From Schizochytrium sp. TIO01 (taxonomy: Eukaryota > Protista > Bigyra: Labyrinthulomycetes): a stretch of 64,000 nucleotides of DNA. The stretch spans positions 4,288,845-4,352,844 of the forward strand of contig SMSO01000014.1 of NCBI GenBank assembly GCA_004764695.1, read 5' to 3'. The notes beneath the pieces were generated by a model that saw only the letters and a list, made by a program, of their open reading frames with translations, was not told the DNA's origin and did not search any database. Of the stretch, positions 31,176 to 43,155 are shown piece by piece; position 1 is the stretch's first letter, and each line of letters opens with the position of its first letter. Made by a program: the position numbers and the translations under genes.

Positions 31176-32622
31176 GCTGATCCCTTTCGTGCCTCCTGCT
31201 CCAATGTGAATCCCGATTCGGGGCAGTTTGATTCTGATTTGCATGCTCGACCATTTCAAGTCCTCTTTCAGAACCTCTCGTTCGGCAAAATAGCGTATTA
31301 GTATGCTTACTCTCACCTCCTACCGATGTCTATGTGACCCCTACTGTGCAGGTCTTCGGGAATTCTGACAGGAGTGTCTTTTATTCGAGTTATTCCGGAC
31401 AAACCTGAGCCTCGCAAGTGCCTATGCTTTACAGGCACGAACTCCTTCATGAAGACCAGACGATAATGGGATACTTGCGAGGATGGGCTGCCAGAGGAGA
31501 GTAGGATCGGCGTCGATTGTGCGAAGCTTTAGGCAGATGCATGTTGCTTCGCGCTTGCGTTTGTCATGGAGGAAAACGTGCATTTTCTGTGGTGGCATTG
31601 AATGTAATACGAATGAGGTAATGTAATAGTGAGGTCAATCAATGCGCTTCGTGTGGCAAATGGAATGCGTTGCGGGATTTGGGGAGGAGGTGCTGAGCGA
31701 TTGAGGAAAGTAGTTGCAGGCAAGAGGTTGTGCAGAGAGCTGGATGGTGGCGGCTTCGAGGAATTAGTTGCCCCTGGTGAATGAAAGATGCACCCTCGGA
31801 TCCGACGTTGCGGCTCAGGAACTCGCTGGAACTGATGCTGGTCCGTGGGTAGAGCCCCGAGAACTGGCAGCCTTCTTCTGAGGTTCACAGCAAGGATGGC
31901 CGTGGCCAGGTTGGAAAATAGATGCCTGACGCCTGTCACAGGCTGGCTTGTAGGTTGGTACTGTAATTTGACTCCACAAGGACATAGCATGGCATCTGGT
32001 GGAATGGGCGGGGCGACGCAAAGAACTCCGAAGCGTTCTTTCGCTTCCGAGAGTTGCACTAGGCGAGCATGAAGCTCGCGAGCAACCAATGGCAAACAGT
32101 GCAAGTTCTCGTCAAAAGTGAATGTCCCTAATCCTGTGCACGTTCCAAACAGAAGACGCGATTCTAGTATCTAGTAGATCCACGAATGACTAGTAGCACT
32201 AAACAGGATTTATCGAGCGAGTTGTCAATGACCAGAAGCAAAATTAATCTTACAAGTAAAGAAGCATATGATGTGGTAGTGGATAAACTCTTTAAACAAA
32301 TACGGCTCTTTTATGCTGATGCAGTCTTCCTTTAGATCACACGATGATAGATGGTGAGTAGAGGGTATGGGAGGGGAAACCGTTGAAGAAGTCAGCATTG
32401 TTCGGGATATTTCGAGTGTATTTCGTTCAACTTTTAGTTGCGCAATGTTTTGACACAGTGAAAGTGGAATCTATGTAGAGTAATTGCAAACTAAGAGGGG
32501 AGGAAACGAGGAGTGTGAACATGAAAGGCGAAAAACAAAGATAAGATTAGGTTGGTTTTGATCAAATGCAAGGGCAAAAGGGCCGATATGTGTGATAAAC
32601 TGTAGGAAAGTGATTAAAGTAT

Positions 32623-33513
32623 CTAAACAAAAACTTCAGGAGCCACGTTGCTGGCTGCAGTGTGCGGCAAGATCCCTAGAAACTCAAGCACATCAGGATT
32701 GCACGGTATCCGCGGCATCTTCGCTAGTTTACGCAGGTAAGCCGACAGCGCCATCCTACGTTTGACAATGAACGCCTGGTTCGTATGATCCGCAAGCGCC
32801 TTGATCTGCTTCGGCGGCAGCTCTGGCAGCGAAGACAGCATATGTGAGTTCGCAAACGCAGACCTCACCAGCCTGTCCAGCTCCACAAACTCTGAAAACC
32901 TCTTCTGTGTGCGAATCACCTCGCCTCCCTTCACCTTTGCCTCAACTGTATAAACCACCACCGGTTTCAAGAGTCCTGGGGGTCCAGACCTGCTCTGCAC
33001 CTGCTGTAAACTCGCTTCCACAACATCTGCATCCAAAACCGAAGGATCGTGGTCGCTCATAACAGTCTCGTTCAATTCCTTCAAAGGCAGCGTGGCGCCG
33101 TTGGGCATGATAAGGCTCGTGGAGAACGAGTAAGCAAACTTGCTTCCCTCGTTGAAACCTATGCGCGTGCAGGCCACGCGGTTACCCACACGGTACTTGA
33201 GCTCGCACGAAGAGAAAGACGCAGTGCCTGTGCCCTCAAACGCACCGTCCACGAAGACCGCGACTTTGCCGCTCTCGTAGTGACGCACTGTAATCCAGTG
33301 AAAGAGGCGGTGGGAAGGGTCACAGGAGGCCATAGTCTGACACCATTTGAGGCGCTGAGCGAGGCGGAGAGCAGCGCCGTCGGCAGAGGCATCGCCGTCG
33401 GCCGGGATCGAGGCTGATGGAGATGACGACGAAGGGTCCGGAGATCCGGCGTCCTCCCAATCGACACGCCAGATTTTGGTGACGTAGCCGACGCCTAGAC
33501 CCACATTGCCCAT
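32623..33513 (-). CDS. PX (phox homology) domain protein with N-terminal FAIM-like beta domain
   Basis: PX signature VVYTVEA...KRFSEFVELDRLV...LPELPPKQ...FIVKRRMALSAYL...VLEFLG. N-terminal HWITVRHYESGKVAVFVDG and FAYSF resemble FAIM1. Confidence 0.85.
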   Translation of the reverse strand: MGNVGLGVGYVTKIWRVDWEDAGSPDPSSSSPSASIPADGDASADGAALRLAQRLKWCQTMASCDPSHRLFHWITVRHYESGKVAVFVDGAFEGTGTASFSSCELKYRVGNRVACTRIGFNEGSKFAYSFSTSLIMPNGATLPLKELNETVMSDHDPSVLDADVVEASLQQVQSRSGPPGLLKPVVVYTVEAKVKGGEVIRTQKRFSEFVELDRLVRSAFANSHMLSSLPELPPKQIKALADHTNQAFIVKRRMALSAYLRKLAKMPRIPCNPDVLEFLGILPHTAASNVAPEVFV

Positions 33514-34723
33514 GGTCGCGAACGGTGTGACCGGAGGTAGAGGGTGGCCGAGGTGGAGGAGGGGCGGAGCGAGAAGCGGAAGAGGATTTGGAGTTGAACA
33601 ACTTCAACTTGAAGTGGAGTGGAAGTGGAAGTGGAATGTTTTGGGCTTTGAGGATATTGTCAAGTTTCTTTTAGATTTGGTTAAAAAGCTTGAAAGAAAC
33701 AAAAACAAAACAAAAGTTAATAGAAACGTCCTTTGTTTGCTAAAGTAGAATCTCGAGCTCAATCTGTTGCATGGATAGAAATCGTAGCACTTGCCTCATA
33801 TAACAACTGCTTAGCGGTGGTGTACAGTATTCTCTTTGGATTTCGAGATTGAGGATCTTAGCTCTTGATTCTGCAGGTGTTGCGCATTTTGTTCGACTTT
33901 CAAGTTCTTGAGTTTTCACTTCAAGTTATCTCTTTCTTTCATACTATGATATTATCATGAAGCTTCTATATAGAATATAGGTATATATACATATTTTCAA
34001 TTAGAAGTTTAGAGAAAATTGAAGTGAACAAAATAATATGTTTTAATTTGTTAATTTTAATTAATTAAAAAAAATTAAAAAATTAAACAAATACAAATAA
34101 AAAAAAATAATAAAAATACATACATACATAGAATTCTTTTTTGTTTTGTAAAATCACTCCAACATCATCAATTTCATCTGCCACCTCTTCAAAATAATTC
34201 TGAGTCAATTCGTTCCTTCCAACGTGCGAGCCTTGGCGCCCAAGCGCTAGAGCGCTAGATCTCTACCCGCCCCCTCGCAGCCTTACATCACGAGTTTTGT
34301 GCGTCCTTCCTTAGCACCTGAGGATCGTACCACCAGTGCCAGATGAGATCGACGAAAACTGAGTGACTCACAAAAAGGGAGATTTCCGACTGACCAATCA
34401 GCACCAAGTCCCTCTCTAGAGGAAGCTAGACGCTTGACGTGGTCATGACAGCTTGGAATTTGAGACTCCGATTGTTGTCAATGAACTTTGACACGTGAGA
34501 GCACCTTAGCCCAGCAGCATCAGGTATATATATATGTATGAGTCGAGGCTGACTTGAAGGCAGCTGACGAAGGACGCAAATTCGTGTGATATAATCACAC
34601 GAAATAAATTTGTTGGAAATGTTCAATCGCTCTTGAGAATCGAATATTGTGCAGGGGAATCGATTGCTGTGCTGGCATAATAGATCACGAACCAAACTGC
34701 GAATGCGCTAGCCGTGAGGCACG

Positions 34724-36259
34724 ATGGTGGCTCGGAGGGAGCTCGTGGTGGCCACAGTAATCTCTGCGGTGCTCCTGCTTCTCTGCATCCGCGTGGCCCT
34801 CTTGCCTGTGGTAGAGACTGGCCTGGGCGGCAGTGATGAAAACAGTGATGACCTTAGCCTTGGAACAACGTCTATGGAAACCTCGACAACTTGGAGCAAA
34901 AGACCATCGTCCTTAGAATCATCCAACGATCAAGGCAGTTCGAAGCTTCTTGATGGTGAAGTTCCAACAGATGATGAGGAAGCTGCTCAAGCGAAAGCTG
35001 CTGCCGAGGAATCTGAGAACGACTCGTATGGAAATGACGGCAACGGCGTTGCGAAATTAGCATCAAAGTCAAAGCAGGATTCTCTCCAAGATGATAGTAC
35101 CGCAAACACTGAGGTGATGTGGGAGCCAAATATTGATGGCTCCTTAAGGATACGTCAAAAATCCTCAAAGAGTTTCTTGGCCTCGAATTTAGAGGCGTTG
35201 GTCTCCCTCAAAGATAGAGGTTTTATCGGCATGTTCCTCCATATTCACAAGGGCGGCGGCACTACAATTTGCAGCGAAGCTATTCTACATGGTGAAGCAT
35301 CTTCATTTGGTCTTAACTGCAATCTAATTCTTCCCAAGGACCAAGCTGAATACATCATTGGCCATGAAGCCACACAGGCGCGCATCTTCTCAGAAAACGT
35401 TGCCCGTGGGTTTACCTTCCTCGCCAACGAGTGGGTGATGCCTGACAACCTGCTGCGCAACGAAAGAATTCGCTACCTCGCTCTTCTGCGTGACCCACTG
35501 TCTCGCACCGAGTCCCACTACAAATATGCTATGAAGCAACTCCGTTCACGCCCGAGATCTTCTGTCATGCAAAGTAATCCTCAATGCGAAGCAGACTCGC
35601 ACACTACTCTGAAAGAAATGCGAATCTCTGTAACCAATGTCACTGTTGCAGCTGAACTTCGTAAAGAATGGCTTACCAGTGTGCCTGACAACTGGCAGAC
35701 ACGCGCTGTTTGCGGAATGGCGTGTGCTACTTTGCCCTTTGGTGGACTACAAAGAGAACACGTCGAACTAGCCAAGTACCGTATTGAGCACGATTTTCAC
35801 GCCCTTGGCGTACTGGAGCACCTGAGCGAGTCTCTTCTTATTTTTGGTGAGACGTTGCAGTGGCCTGCCTCGACAAGAAAACCAGTGCACTCGCGAAAAG
35901 CTCCTTCGAGAAACTTCTTCCGCTCAGTTGAAGATGCACCCGAAGAGATCCGCAAGCAAACAATTGTTCAAGAAGCCCTCAGATGGTATGACCGCGCTAA
36001 TATTTATGACGTGGAGCTATACAACTTTGCTCTTGAACTGTTTTATAAAGAACTTGATAGACGTGGAATGCCATACGAGAGACGAACTGCCAAAACGGCT
36101 AGCTCTCTTTCGCAGAGCGAAGCTCAAACACAGCTTGTGGATCTCTCGGTCGACTGCAAATCACCCTGTTGCAACCCAACTAACTGTGGCCATATCGGCA
36201 CATTCTGGAGTCGTGTAGCGCGGTCCACTGCACTCGTGCCTGCAACTAATTGTGGTTAA
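34724..36259 (+). CDS. Golgi-type type II membrane sulfotransferase
   Basis: N-terminal TM anchor and stem, 5'-PSB FLHIHKGGGTT, 3'-PB LLRDPLSRTESHY, late NIYDVELY motif. Confidence 0.9.
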   Translation: MVARRELVVATVISAVLLLLCIRVALLPVVETGLGGSDENSDDLSLGTTSMETSTTWSKRPSSLESSNDQGSSKLLDGEVPTDDEEAAQAKAAAEESENDSYGNDGNGVAKLASKSKQDSLQDDSTANTEVMWEPNIDGSLRIRQKSSKSFLASNLEALVSLKDRGFIGMFLHIHKGGGTTICSEAILHGEASSFGLNCNLILPKDQAEYIIGHEATQARIFSENVARGFTFLANEWVMPDNLLRNERIRYLALLRDPLSRTESHYKYAMKQLRSRPRSSVMQSNPQCEADSHTTLKEMRISVTNVTVAAELRKEWLTSVPDNWQTRAVCGMACATLPFGGLQREHVELAKYRIEHDFHALGVLEHLSESLLIFGETLQWPASTRKPVHSRKAPSRNFFRSVEDAPEEIRKQTIVQEALRWYDRANIYDVELYNFALELFYKELDRRGMPYERRTAKTASSLSQSEAQTQLVDLSVDCKSPCCNPTNCGHIGTFWSRVARSTALVPATNCG

Positions 36260-38087
36260 TCTGGGTTCTTCTCAACTATAATTCTTGTTTTAAGACCTTC
36301 ATACTTCTTGAAACAAGTCTCACATGACTATCTCATATCACGTTTGTCTGCTGAATTCCTCTTTTGATCTGATGCTATAATATGCGATCTACTTCATGGG
36401 AATAAAAATTGAATTATGGTTCAAATGTATGAACATGCAGATTTCTATGTAAATGATGGAAATTAGTAAACCATTATACCCCCAACCTCACGTTAGCAAC
36501 TATCATCGAATGTGTCTACCTGATACTTGCGTGTACAATCTGATGATCGCTCTCACAAGTCCAATACGTTAAATATCATTTCATGAAGACATTTCTACTT
36601 ATCCCTCTTGAAGCATACGGTGATACTCGACGATTCAAAATAACGTTGCTACTACTTCCAAAGTTAATTCGTACTTGTAGTCCTGCATTCTGTAAATTCA
36701 AGTTGAAACCATAGCCTAGATTTCATCTTCAATTCGAGAATGGTGCTATTTCAAGTCGATATCCGGATCTGCCCAGATGTTAGAACTCCTGAAATGGAAT
36801 ATTTTCCCATTTCGTTTTAAACATTAGAACTGTGGAGAATAAATCAACATTCTTATTTCAAATCTTCAAAAGGTTTAAGCCCTTAGGCTGTTGAATTATA
36901 AAAGCTGCATAAGCGTTCATGACTTGCAAGTAAATTTACGGTGGATACGCTGACATGAACACACTGCCGAAGAAGATCCAGGTTTTCATTGATATCTGTA
37001 TAGATAATCCCGTCTTGGTACTTGCCCTTGTGTGTATGTACTCACCTTCGGAGCGGTACTCGAGCGGTTGCAATTCTTTGTTGATCGTAATTAATTGTGC
37101 TGTCATCCTGATGAAAACATTACAAAAAGCTTAAATCGTTATGCATGTCCCAGTTTCAATACTAGCATAATCGTGTTTTTAAGATCCACTCCGAAGGTCC
37201 AGCTTCCTATACAGTTCCTTCAAACCTTGAATTCACTAGGTGCACATTGATGACAGGCGTTGCTTTTGATTTCACGATGTCAATGCATCCATTATCTAAA
37301 TTACTTCTCTATTCCTAAGGTTTAGCATAGACAATCGGTAGTGCCATGCAGCAGGGAAAAAACCAAGAATCGACGCTTAAGCCATCCTCGAGATACCTGC
37401 AGTGTATCAGCGCTACTCTTTTATGATTCCATAAATGCAGAATCCCATTAATACAGTCTGATATCCGTCTCTCTCGCTGAGGTTTCACGAGCGTCAAGAT
37501 TTCGTCGCGGAGCCCTGGAATTAGAGATAGGCATGGCGCAGCTTTGTTATCTGTAAGTAACACTTAGTAATCATGATAAAATCTTATGATGGTTAAGTTC
37601 ATTCTTTCATTCTTTCTTGGACAAACTGTCCAACTACTTTCGCAGCAGACCTCGAAACCCGCCAGCCCCAGACCGCTCCAACGCTGGAAGAGCGGCGTCG
37701 GGGGCGTCTGCCTGGAAGCTCCTCTGCCAGGAAGCCTTCGCTTGGACCTCGCGGCGTTGCGACCTCGCGGAGAGAACGGAGATCCTTGGGACCTCTTGAA
37801 GACTCCGGAAGGATCGAAGGTCTTTTGCTTGACATAAACTTCGAGCGGCAACCACGAGTTTCCTGGGAGCCTGGAAGAGCAAAGTGTTTGGAACGCCCCA
37901 AGAGCTTATCTGGGCATTCTTTTACGAAGTTGCAAGGCGTCGTGGGCTTTGCCAAACTTGCTGACGAGCTTATTGCGAACCTAGGACGAGCTCGGGAGTG
38001 CGACTTGACGATTGAGGAATTTAAATTGAGAAGAAAATCACTGTAGACCCTGCTGGTAAATCGGCTAGCGATTGGAATTTAGCAGTC

Positions 38088-41000
38088 ATGTCAGTACAAA
38101 CCTCTGCAGAGAAGCCCGGAACCAGTGCGACATTGGAATCTGAGGTAGGCACAGAAAACCGCGCGGACGTTGAGGCCAGTTTAGAAACCCCTGCCTCTGA
38201 TCAGGATACCCATATTGCAGGAAATAAGACTGGGACTCAGGAGTCTGAACAGGCACCCGCAGCAACTGAAATGTCTGAAGAAGCCGGTGGACAACCTGTC
38301 GCTAATCCTGCCAGTGATTCTCCTCAGCATCGCAAATCCTTATCTCTTACGGATATTGCAGAAAACCCCTCACAACCTATGCAGGTGTCTGTTTCATCAA
38401 ACACAAACACCGACGCAAGTTTGCGAAGTAACTCTGCAGTATCTACTGGAGGCGATGAGCAAGGGCCTGTCGTGACTCCACCGCGCCGGAGGCCAATAGA
38501 TCGACTTGCAAAGAGTAAGCAGAAGAAGCAACCAACTCCTGCTTCATCTACCAAGTCAAACAAAACGAAAAAGAGGGTTGATTCGGCAGACGTTGCTCGC
38601 TTTGATGTAAACAACTCGAATGGCGTCGACAAATCTGTCATCGATAAATATGCATCGGAGGAAGCTGACGGTGAAGGTAGCTCTGCAGAGACCAGTCAGC
38701 GAAATAAGCTCAGACCCAGACGAATCAAGGGCGGAGGAAAGAAGGCAGAGCATGCAGAGGAGGAGGAGGAGGCTGCTTCAGATTCAGGTTCTACGAAGAA
38801 GTCAAAAGTTGGAGGTGCGGACTCTGATATGGATAGCGAAGCAGACGAGGACGCCGTAAATGCACTTTCAGGACTCTCTGGAGCCGATGTCTGGAGCACA
38901 TTGGAAAAACAGACAGAAGCACGCAAACAAAATCTGGAGCGTAATCTAGTCACACGTACAGTGACTGTGCAACAGCCAAAAGAGCTTCCACATAACAAGA
39001 TGTTGACTCTATTCCGATGCATGTGGACTCTACTCTTGGAACGCGGTTGGACATTTCGCATCTTTACTAGTAAAAAACATGTCTTGTTTGTAGCGCCTGG
39101 CAAAGCCAATAAACGCAAAGATTTAGTCTTCAAGAGGGATATCTTTGATATTAAGTGCCTCATTGAGCACGTCCGGGTGGTATACCCAGAGATATTCGAG
39201 AGTGCGTACTCCCAAGCTGAGGACTTACCTGGTTTCCGTGGTGAAGAGGTACCACCAATCAGTGTGTCTGAACTCAGGCCTGGTGGGATGATCAAGGAAC
39301 GTCGCAAGAGGCGGCGTAAGTCAGCAGCTTCTCCATCTCCTTCTACAAAGAGTTCTAAAAAGAAAAATAAGAATAATGAAGGTGATGAAGATGACGTCGA
39401 TGATGAGGTAAACAACGACAATGAAGATGATGATGAAGACGGTGTCCTTATGTCAGGCGAGGACGAGCCACCAAAGCGACCTCGTAAACGCAGCGTTGGA
39501 AGCCGTAGCAGTAGCAGTAGTAAGAAGAGGGCGAGCACATTGGCTGACACAAGGTCGAACACTACATCTGACGAAGACTACCGAAGCGGTGACGACGAGG
39601 ACGAAGATGAGGATGTGGATGAGGACAAAGACAAGCCAGTCGGTGTTGCGAAGACTCCATCTTCAAAAAGCCGAAGGGAATCTGCGCAAGCCGATAATAA
39701 CGAGGTCACAAAGAAGGAGTTAACCCCACTTAGTGAAGCAGAAGTCTATGACTTTAAGCTAATTTATCCTTGGCTACAGCAAGCTAGAGGGTGGACCGCC
39801 CGGAAAGGAAATGGACTTATCTACTGGTACTACCTCAAACCTGGTGTGACTGTTAAACGAGGCAGACCCATCGGTACTCACGGCAAGGACTACTTTAACT
39901 CAAGTGACGAGGTCATTGCGCATGTCAAAAAAACTGATGACTTGCGTGAGGAATTTCTGAAATATGCTGCTGTTATGCAACCTCAAGACAAAATTCAACG
40001 TTTCACAGCCGCCATTGAACACCAAACCCCTGTAAAAGCAGAGGGCGAAGCGGTTGGCGTTTCATCATCTTCACAACCCCATTCTCGTGCAGCTCGAAGT
40101 CAACGTCGCACACAGATTAAACAAGAACTTGAAGCCACCCACGACGATGCTGAAGAAATCCTCGAGGAGGGAAGCGAAGAAGAAAAACCTGCTGTCACAA
40201 CACAGCCTGCTAAACCCGAAAAAAAGAAACCATCGAAGCAGAAGAAAACGAGCAAACAGGGAGTCGCTGACAAAAATATAGAGGTATTGTCTGCTCAGTC
40301 GACAACAGCGAACCCAGATCAAACTGAAGCTGAAAATCGCCCAGATAGTTCACAAACCGGGGGAGGTTTCTTCTTGGACGATGAGTTTGCTTCATTGAAT
40401 CGTGATAAGCAGCACTCTGCCGATGCAAAAGCTGTCAAAGCATCTAGCGCTGTTGCTTCTAGAGATGACAGTGGGAAGGGGGGGCGAAAAAGCGGTTTGG
40501 CAGCAAAATCTAAGAAGAATGGATCCGGTGATTTGACCAAACATGGTCAGAAATCTTACGATAGTAACCAAACAAGTGACTCAGGGGAGTACATTCTAAG
40601 CGACGACGATGCTTTGACAGCGTCTCCGGCGAAACGGGGACACATGAAGATTTCTGGCAAAACTAAGGCATCAAATTCCAGCGCGAAATCCAAAAAGCGT
40701 CGTCAATCTACTTCGAATACCACCATGAATGACGGGGATGACTCTAGCGATGTTGTAGAGGTTACGGATGCTGCTGATGCAAGCTCCCTATCCAGGAAAC
40801 TTGCCGAAAGCCATGCTCGCGAAGCTGCAGCACGCTCAGTAACCCTTTTTGAACAACAACAACAAATGAGACCGACGGGCAGTGATTCACCATTTGTTTC
40901 TTCCCCTGCAACAGGCGTGACGCTTGTTGCAAGTTCTCCTTTTCCTGGATGTGAGCCGAAATACTCTGCTCCTTTGTCAACGGCCTCGGAGCGTTGCGAC

Positions 41001-42296
41001 TCCTCTCTGTTTAAATCTTTCAAATTTGTTCTTCTTCCTGATGTCCCTAATCAAGTAGAGTCTGAAATTGAAGAAATGGGTGGTAGTGTTATTCCGCAGC
41101 CAACCTGGGAGAATGGACGCGTACCACCGGTCAAAGAACTCGAGGCGTGTTTTGGCCAGAAACCAATTTTTATCGCTTATCCTACTGCTATGCATACTGC
41201 ATTGTGGTGGGGGCTTATCGCGGGAGGCGCGCGCATTTTACACTGTGAATTCGTCCACAATACGTACGAACATCAGGAGCTACCACGTGACTGGACTGTT
41301 TTCGAGTTGCCTGCTGGTCCAAACGTCTTTACCAAAGGTAGTTACGACTATCCACCTAAGACTGCAACATTTCCTCCGGCTCTTTTGCCTCGAAATGAGC
41401 GTGTATTACATGGTTGGTCCTTTTATATTTTACCATGCTATCGTAAAAACATCATGAGGAAAATTGCTGTGCTTGCAGGCGCAACCGTATCTGACCGTCT
41501 TGACAAGCTTCCAAAGGATGGGTTTATTCTCTGCGACGCTGATGGAGATCTTGATTTGGATATGTGCGAGAATGACCTTACTCTCATTCACCGCAATGAA
41601 CAGGCAGACCAGCTCATGTCATTTGAAGTTGTCATTCAGAGCCTTGTTGGATCTCATGCTCTTTCCAAGAAAGAACGCGAGTTGCCTTGCTTTCAGCTTC
41701 CTGCGAAATTACTTGACCCGAATTTCGCTAGCCGTTCAGCAGATAGCAAGCGTCGTTCACTTGCTGGGTCTGACTCTGGCATTTCTCTCGATGATCTTGA
41801 AGAAGAACCAATGTTGATGGCTGCATCTCCGTCCTTACAAAGCGATGGAACACAAGCATATTATGAATCGCCCCGCTTTTTACCCGCTGGAAAGTATATG
41901 AGAGGCGGCCAACTTCAATACCGGTGTATTCGCTCACAAGACATTCGTATTCCATGCCAATCCATGATGTTTATTGCACGCGTTGGAGACCCCGTTGAAT
42001 TCCCACCTCGACCGGCCAAACTTCTGAAGGTAAAGATGCTCAATGGTGAAGCATGGATGAATGTTCGCATTTACTCTTTCAAGCATAAATCTCCCAACGG
42101 AGATGCCTGGGCTCTGATCCCAGCTGATGAGTTTTGTGAATTGAAGGTTGATAATGTTTTGGGTCCAGCTATTTCAATTTCATATCAAAACCAGAATCGT
42201 TTGGCTCTTGACAATTCACGTCCTCTTATCAAACGTGCTCGTCGTCAAGATAAGGAAAAGGCATGCTTTCATACGCTTTACTACGCAGAGAAATAG
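38088..42296 (+). CDS. Large nuclear protein with two MBD-like GW...PG modules, tandem BRCT-like domains and a C-terminal BAH-like domain
   Basis: 1402-aa ORF with multiple basic NLS-like runs. BRCT-like LFKSFKFVLL..EMGGSV..ILHCEFV and VLHGWSFYIL..VLAGATV; beta-rich C-terminus. Confidence 0.8.
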   Translation: MSVQTSAEKPGTSATLESEVGTENRADVEASLETPASDQDTHIAGNKTGTQESEQAPAATEMSEEAGGQPVANPASDSPQHRKSLSLTDIAENPSQPMQVSVSSNTNTDASLRSNSAVSTGGDEQGPVVTPPRRRPIDRLAKSKQKKQPTPASSTKSNKTKKRVDSADVARFDVNNSNGVDKSVIDKYASEEADGEGSSAETSQRNKLRPRRIKGGGKKAEHAEEEEEAASDSGSTKKSKVGGADSDMDSEADEDAVNALSGLSGADVWSTLEKQTEARKQNLERNLVTRTVTVQQPKELPHNKMLTLFRCMWTLLLERGWTFRIFTSKKHVLFVAPGKANKRKDLVFKRDIFDIKCLIEHVRVVYPEIFESAYSQAEDLPGFRGEEVPPISVSELRPGGMIKERRKRRRKSAASPSPSTKSSKKKNKNNEGDEDDVDDEVNNDNEDDDEDGVLMSGEDEPPKRPRKRSVGSRSSSSSKKRASTLADTRSNTTSDEDYRSGDDEDEDEDVDEDKDKPVGVAKTPSSKSRRESAQADNNEVTKKELTPLSEAEVYDFKLIYPWLQQARGWTARKGNGLIYWYYLKPGVTVKRGRPIGTHGKDYFNSSDEVIAHVKKTDDLREEFLKYAAVMQPQDKIQRFTAAIEHQTPVKAEGEAVGVSSSSQPHSRAARSQRRTQIKQELEATHDDAEEILEEGSEEEKPAVTTQPAKPEKKKPSKQKKTSKQGVADKNIEVLSAQSTTANPDQTEAENRPDSSQTGGGFFLDDEFASLNRDKQHSADAKAVKASSAVASRDDSGKGGRKSGLAAKSKKNGSGDLTKHGQKSYDSNQTSDSGEYILSDDDALTASPAKRGHMKISGKTKASNSSAKSKKRRQSTSNTTMNDGDDSSDVVEVTDAADASSLSRKLAESHAREAAARSVTLFEQQQQMRPTGSDSPFVSSPATGVTLVASSPFPGCEPKYSAPLSTASERCDSSLFKSFKFVLLPDVPNQVESEIEEMGGSVIPQPTWENGRVPPVKELEACFGQKPIFIAYPTAMHTALWWGLIAGGARILHCEFVHNTYEHQELPRDWTVFELPAGPNVFTKGSYDYPPKTATFPPALLPRNERVLHGWSFYILPCYRKNIMRKIAVLAGATVSDRLDKLPKDGFILCDADGDLDLDMCENDLTLIHRNEQADQLMSFEVVIQSLVGSHALSKKERELPCFQLPAKLLDPNFASRSADSKRRSLAGSDSGISLDDLEEEPMLMAASPSLQSDGTQAYYESPRFLPAGKYMRGGQLQYRCIRSQDIRIPCQSMMFIARVGDPVEFPPRPAKLLKVKMLNGEAWMNVRIYSFKHKSPNGDAWALIPADEFCELKVDNVLGPAISISYQNQNRLALDNSRPLIKRARRQDKEKACFHTLYYAEK

Positions 42297-43155
42297 GTGA
42301 AGTATGGAGAGGACTGACCTTGGTGTCAATGATATCATATGATTGTTTTTTGTTCTTTTCTACAACAAAAATATATATAATGATTTTATATCCGTAGCAG
42401 CTCATCTGCTTCTAAATTTAAAAAACTTAAAAAATCTAATCGAATCGTAAGATACAGTCTGCATCAAAATAGCTTTTTCAGGTATTTACTTTTCCAGAAT
42501 TTTGTCTTGATTTAGAAACTATGTTTTAATTTTTATAAAATATATATTGAAGGAGCTGGAAAAGGTAGTGAAGACTCAATACAAGTTGACCACAGAAATA
42601 CTTGTACTTCAAATTCAAAACTTCCCAGAAAGTTATCAAAAGCCTAGAAATATAGATAGCGTGTAATGGAAATGTAAGTTAATGAATTGTTATCTCAATG
42701 CCACGAGCAAAATTCTGCTCTTGCGTATTAGAAATTGTGCAGTGCAAATATATAACGTTTGTTGGGCATGCAATATGCGAAATTTATCTCGTTCTGGTAG
42801 TCCTTGAAAGAATAATGTGGTTTCTGGGAAACCATGAAGTAGGTCGTGGATAGTTGCTACTTAGGAAATCAATTTGTACCAATCTTCACCTTTAGTTCAA
42901 AAAATCCCAGGAATAGCTCATAGGGCAGATCATATCATTTTATAGTGGTATTGACACACGTTATACTGAAAAGAAGAGAGAAGCGTGATGAAAATCAACT
43001 GGAATTTCAGGACACATTTGGAATGAAATCTAGGCAACTAGAAATCATTGCTTCGAATGCCGAATTTCAACAACAACAAGTCGCCAACTGTCTCTCATCG
43101 ACCTCACAGAGACACCGAGTGTGGATTAGAATAAACAACCGGGACTTGCACAAAG

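Noticed and set aside
31529-32104. 191-aa minus ORF, and SRP- or RNase P-like words (GCCAGGTTGGAAA, GAGGAAAGT)
   Set aside because: Non-ATG ORF without motifs; the RNA words lack their partner conserved elements.
38696-39562. Long antisense ORFs (also 43384-44046, 12935-13498, 8270-8863, 59773-60288)
   Set aside because: Shadows of well-supported genes on the opposite strand.
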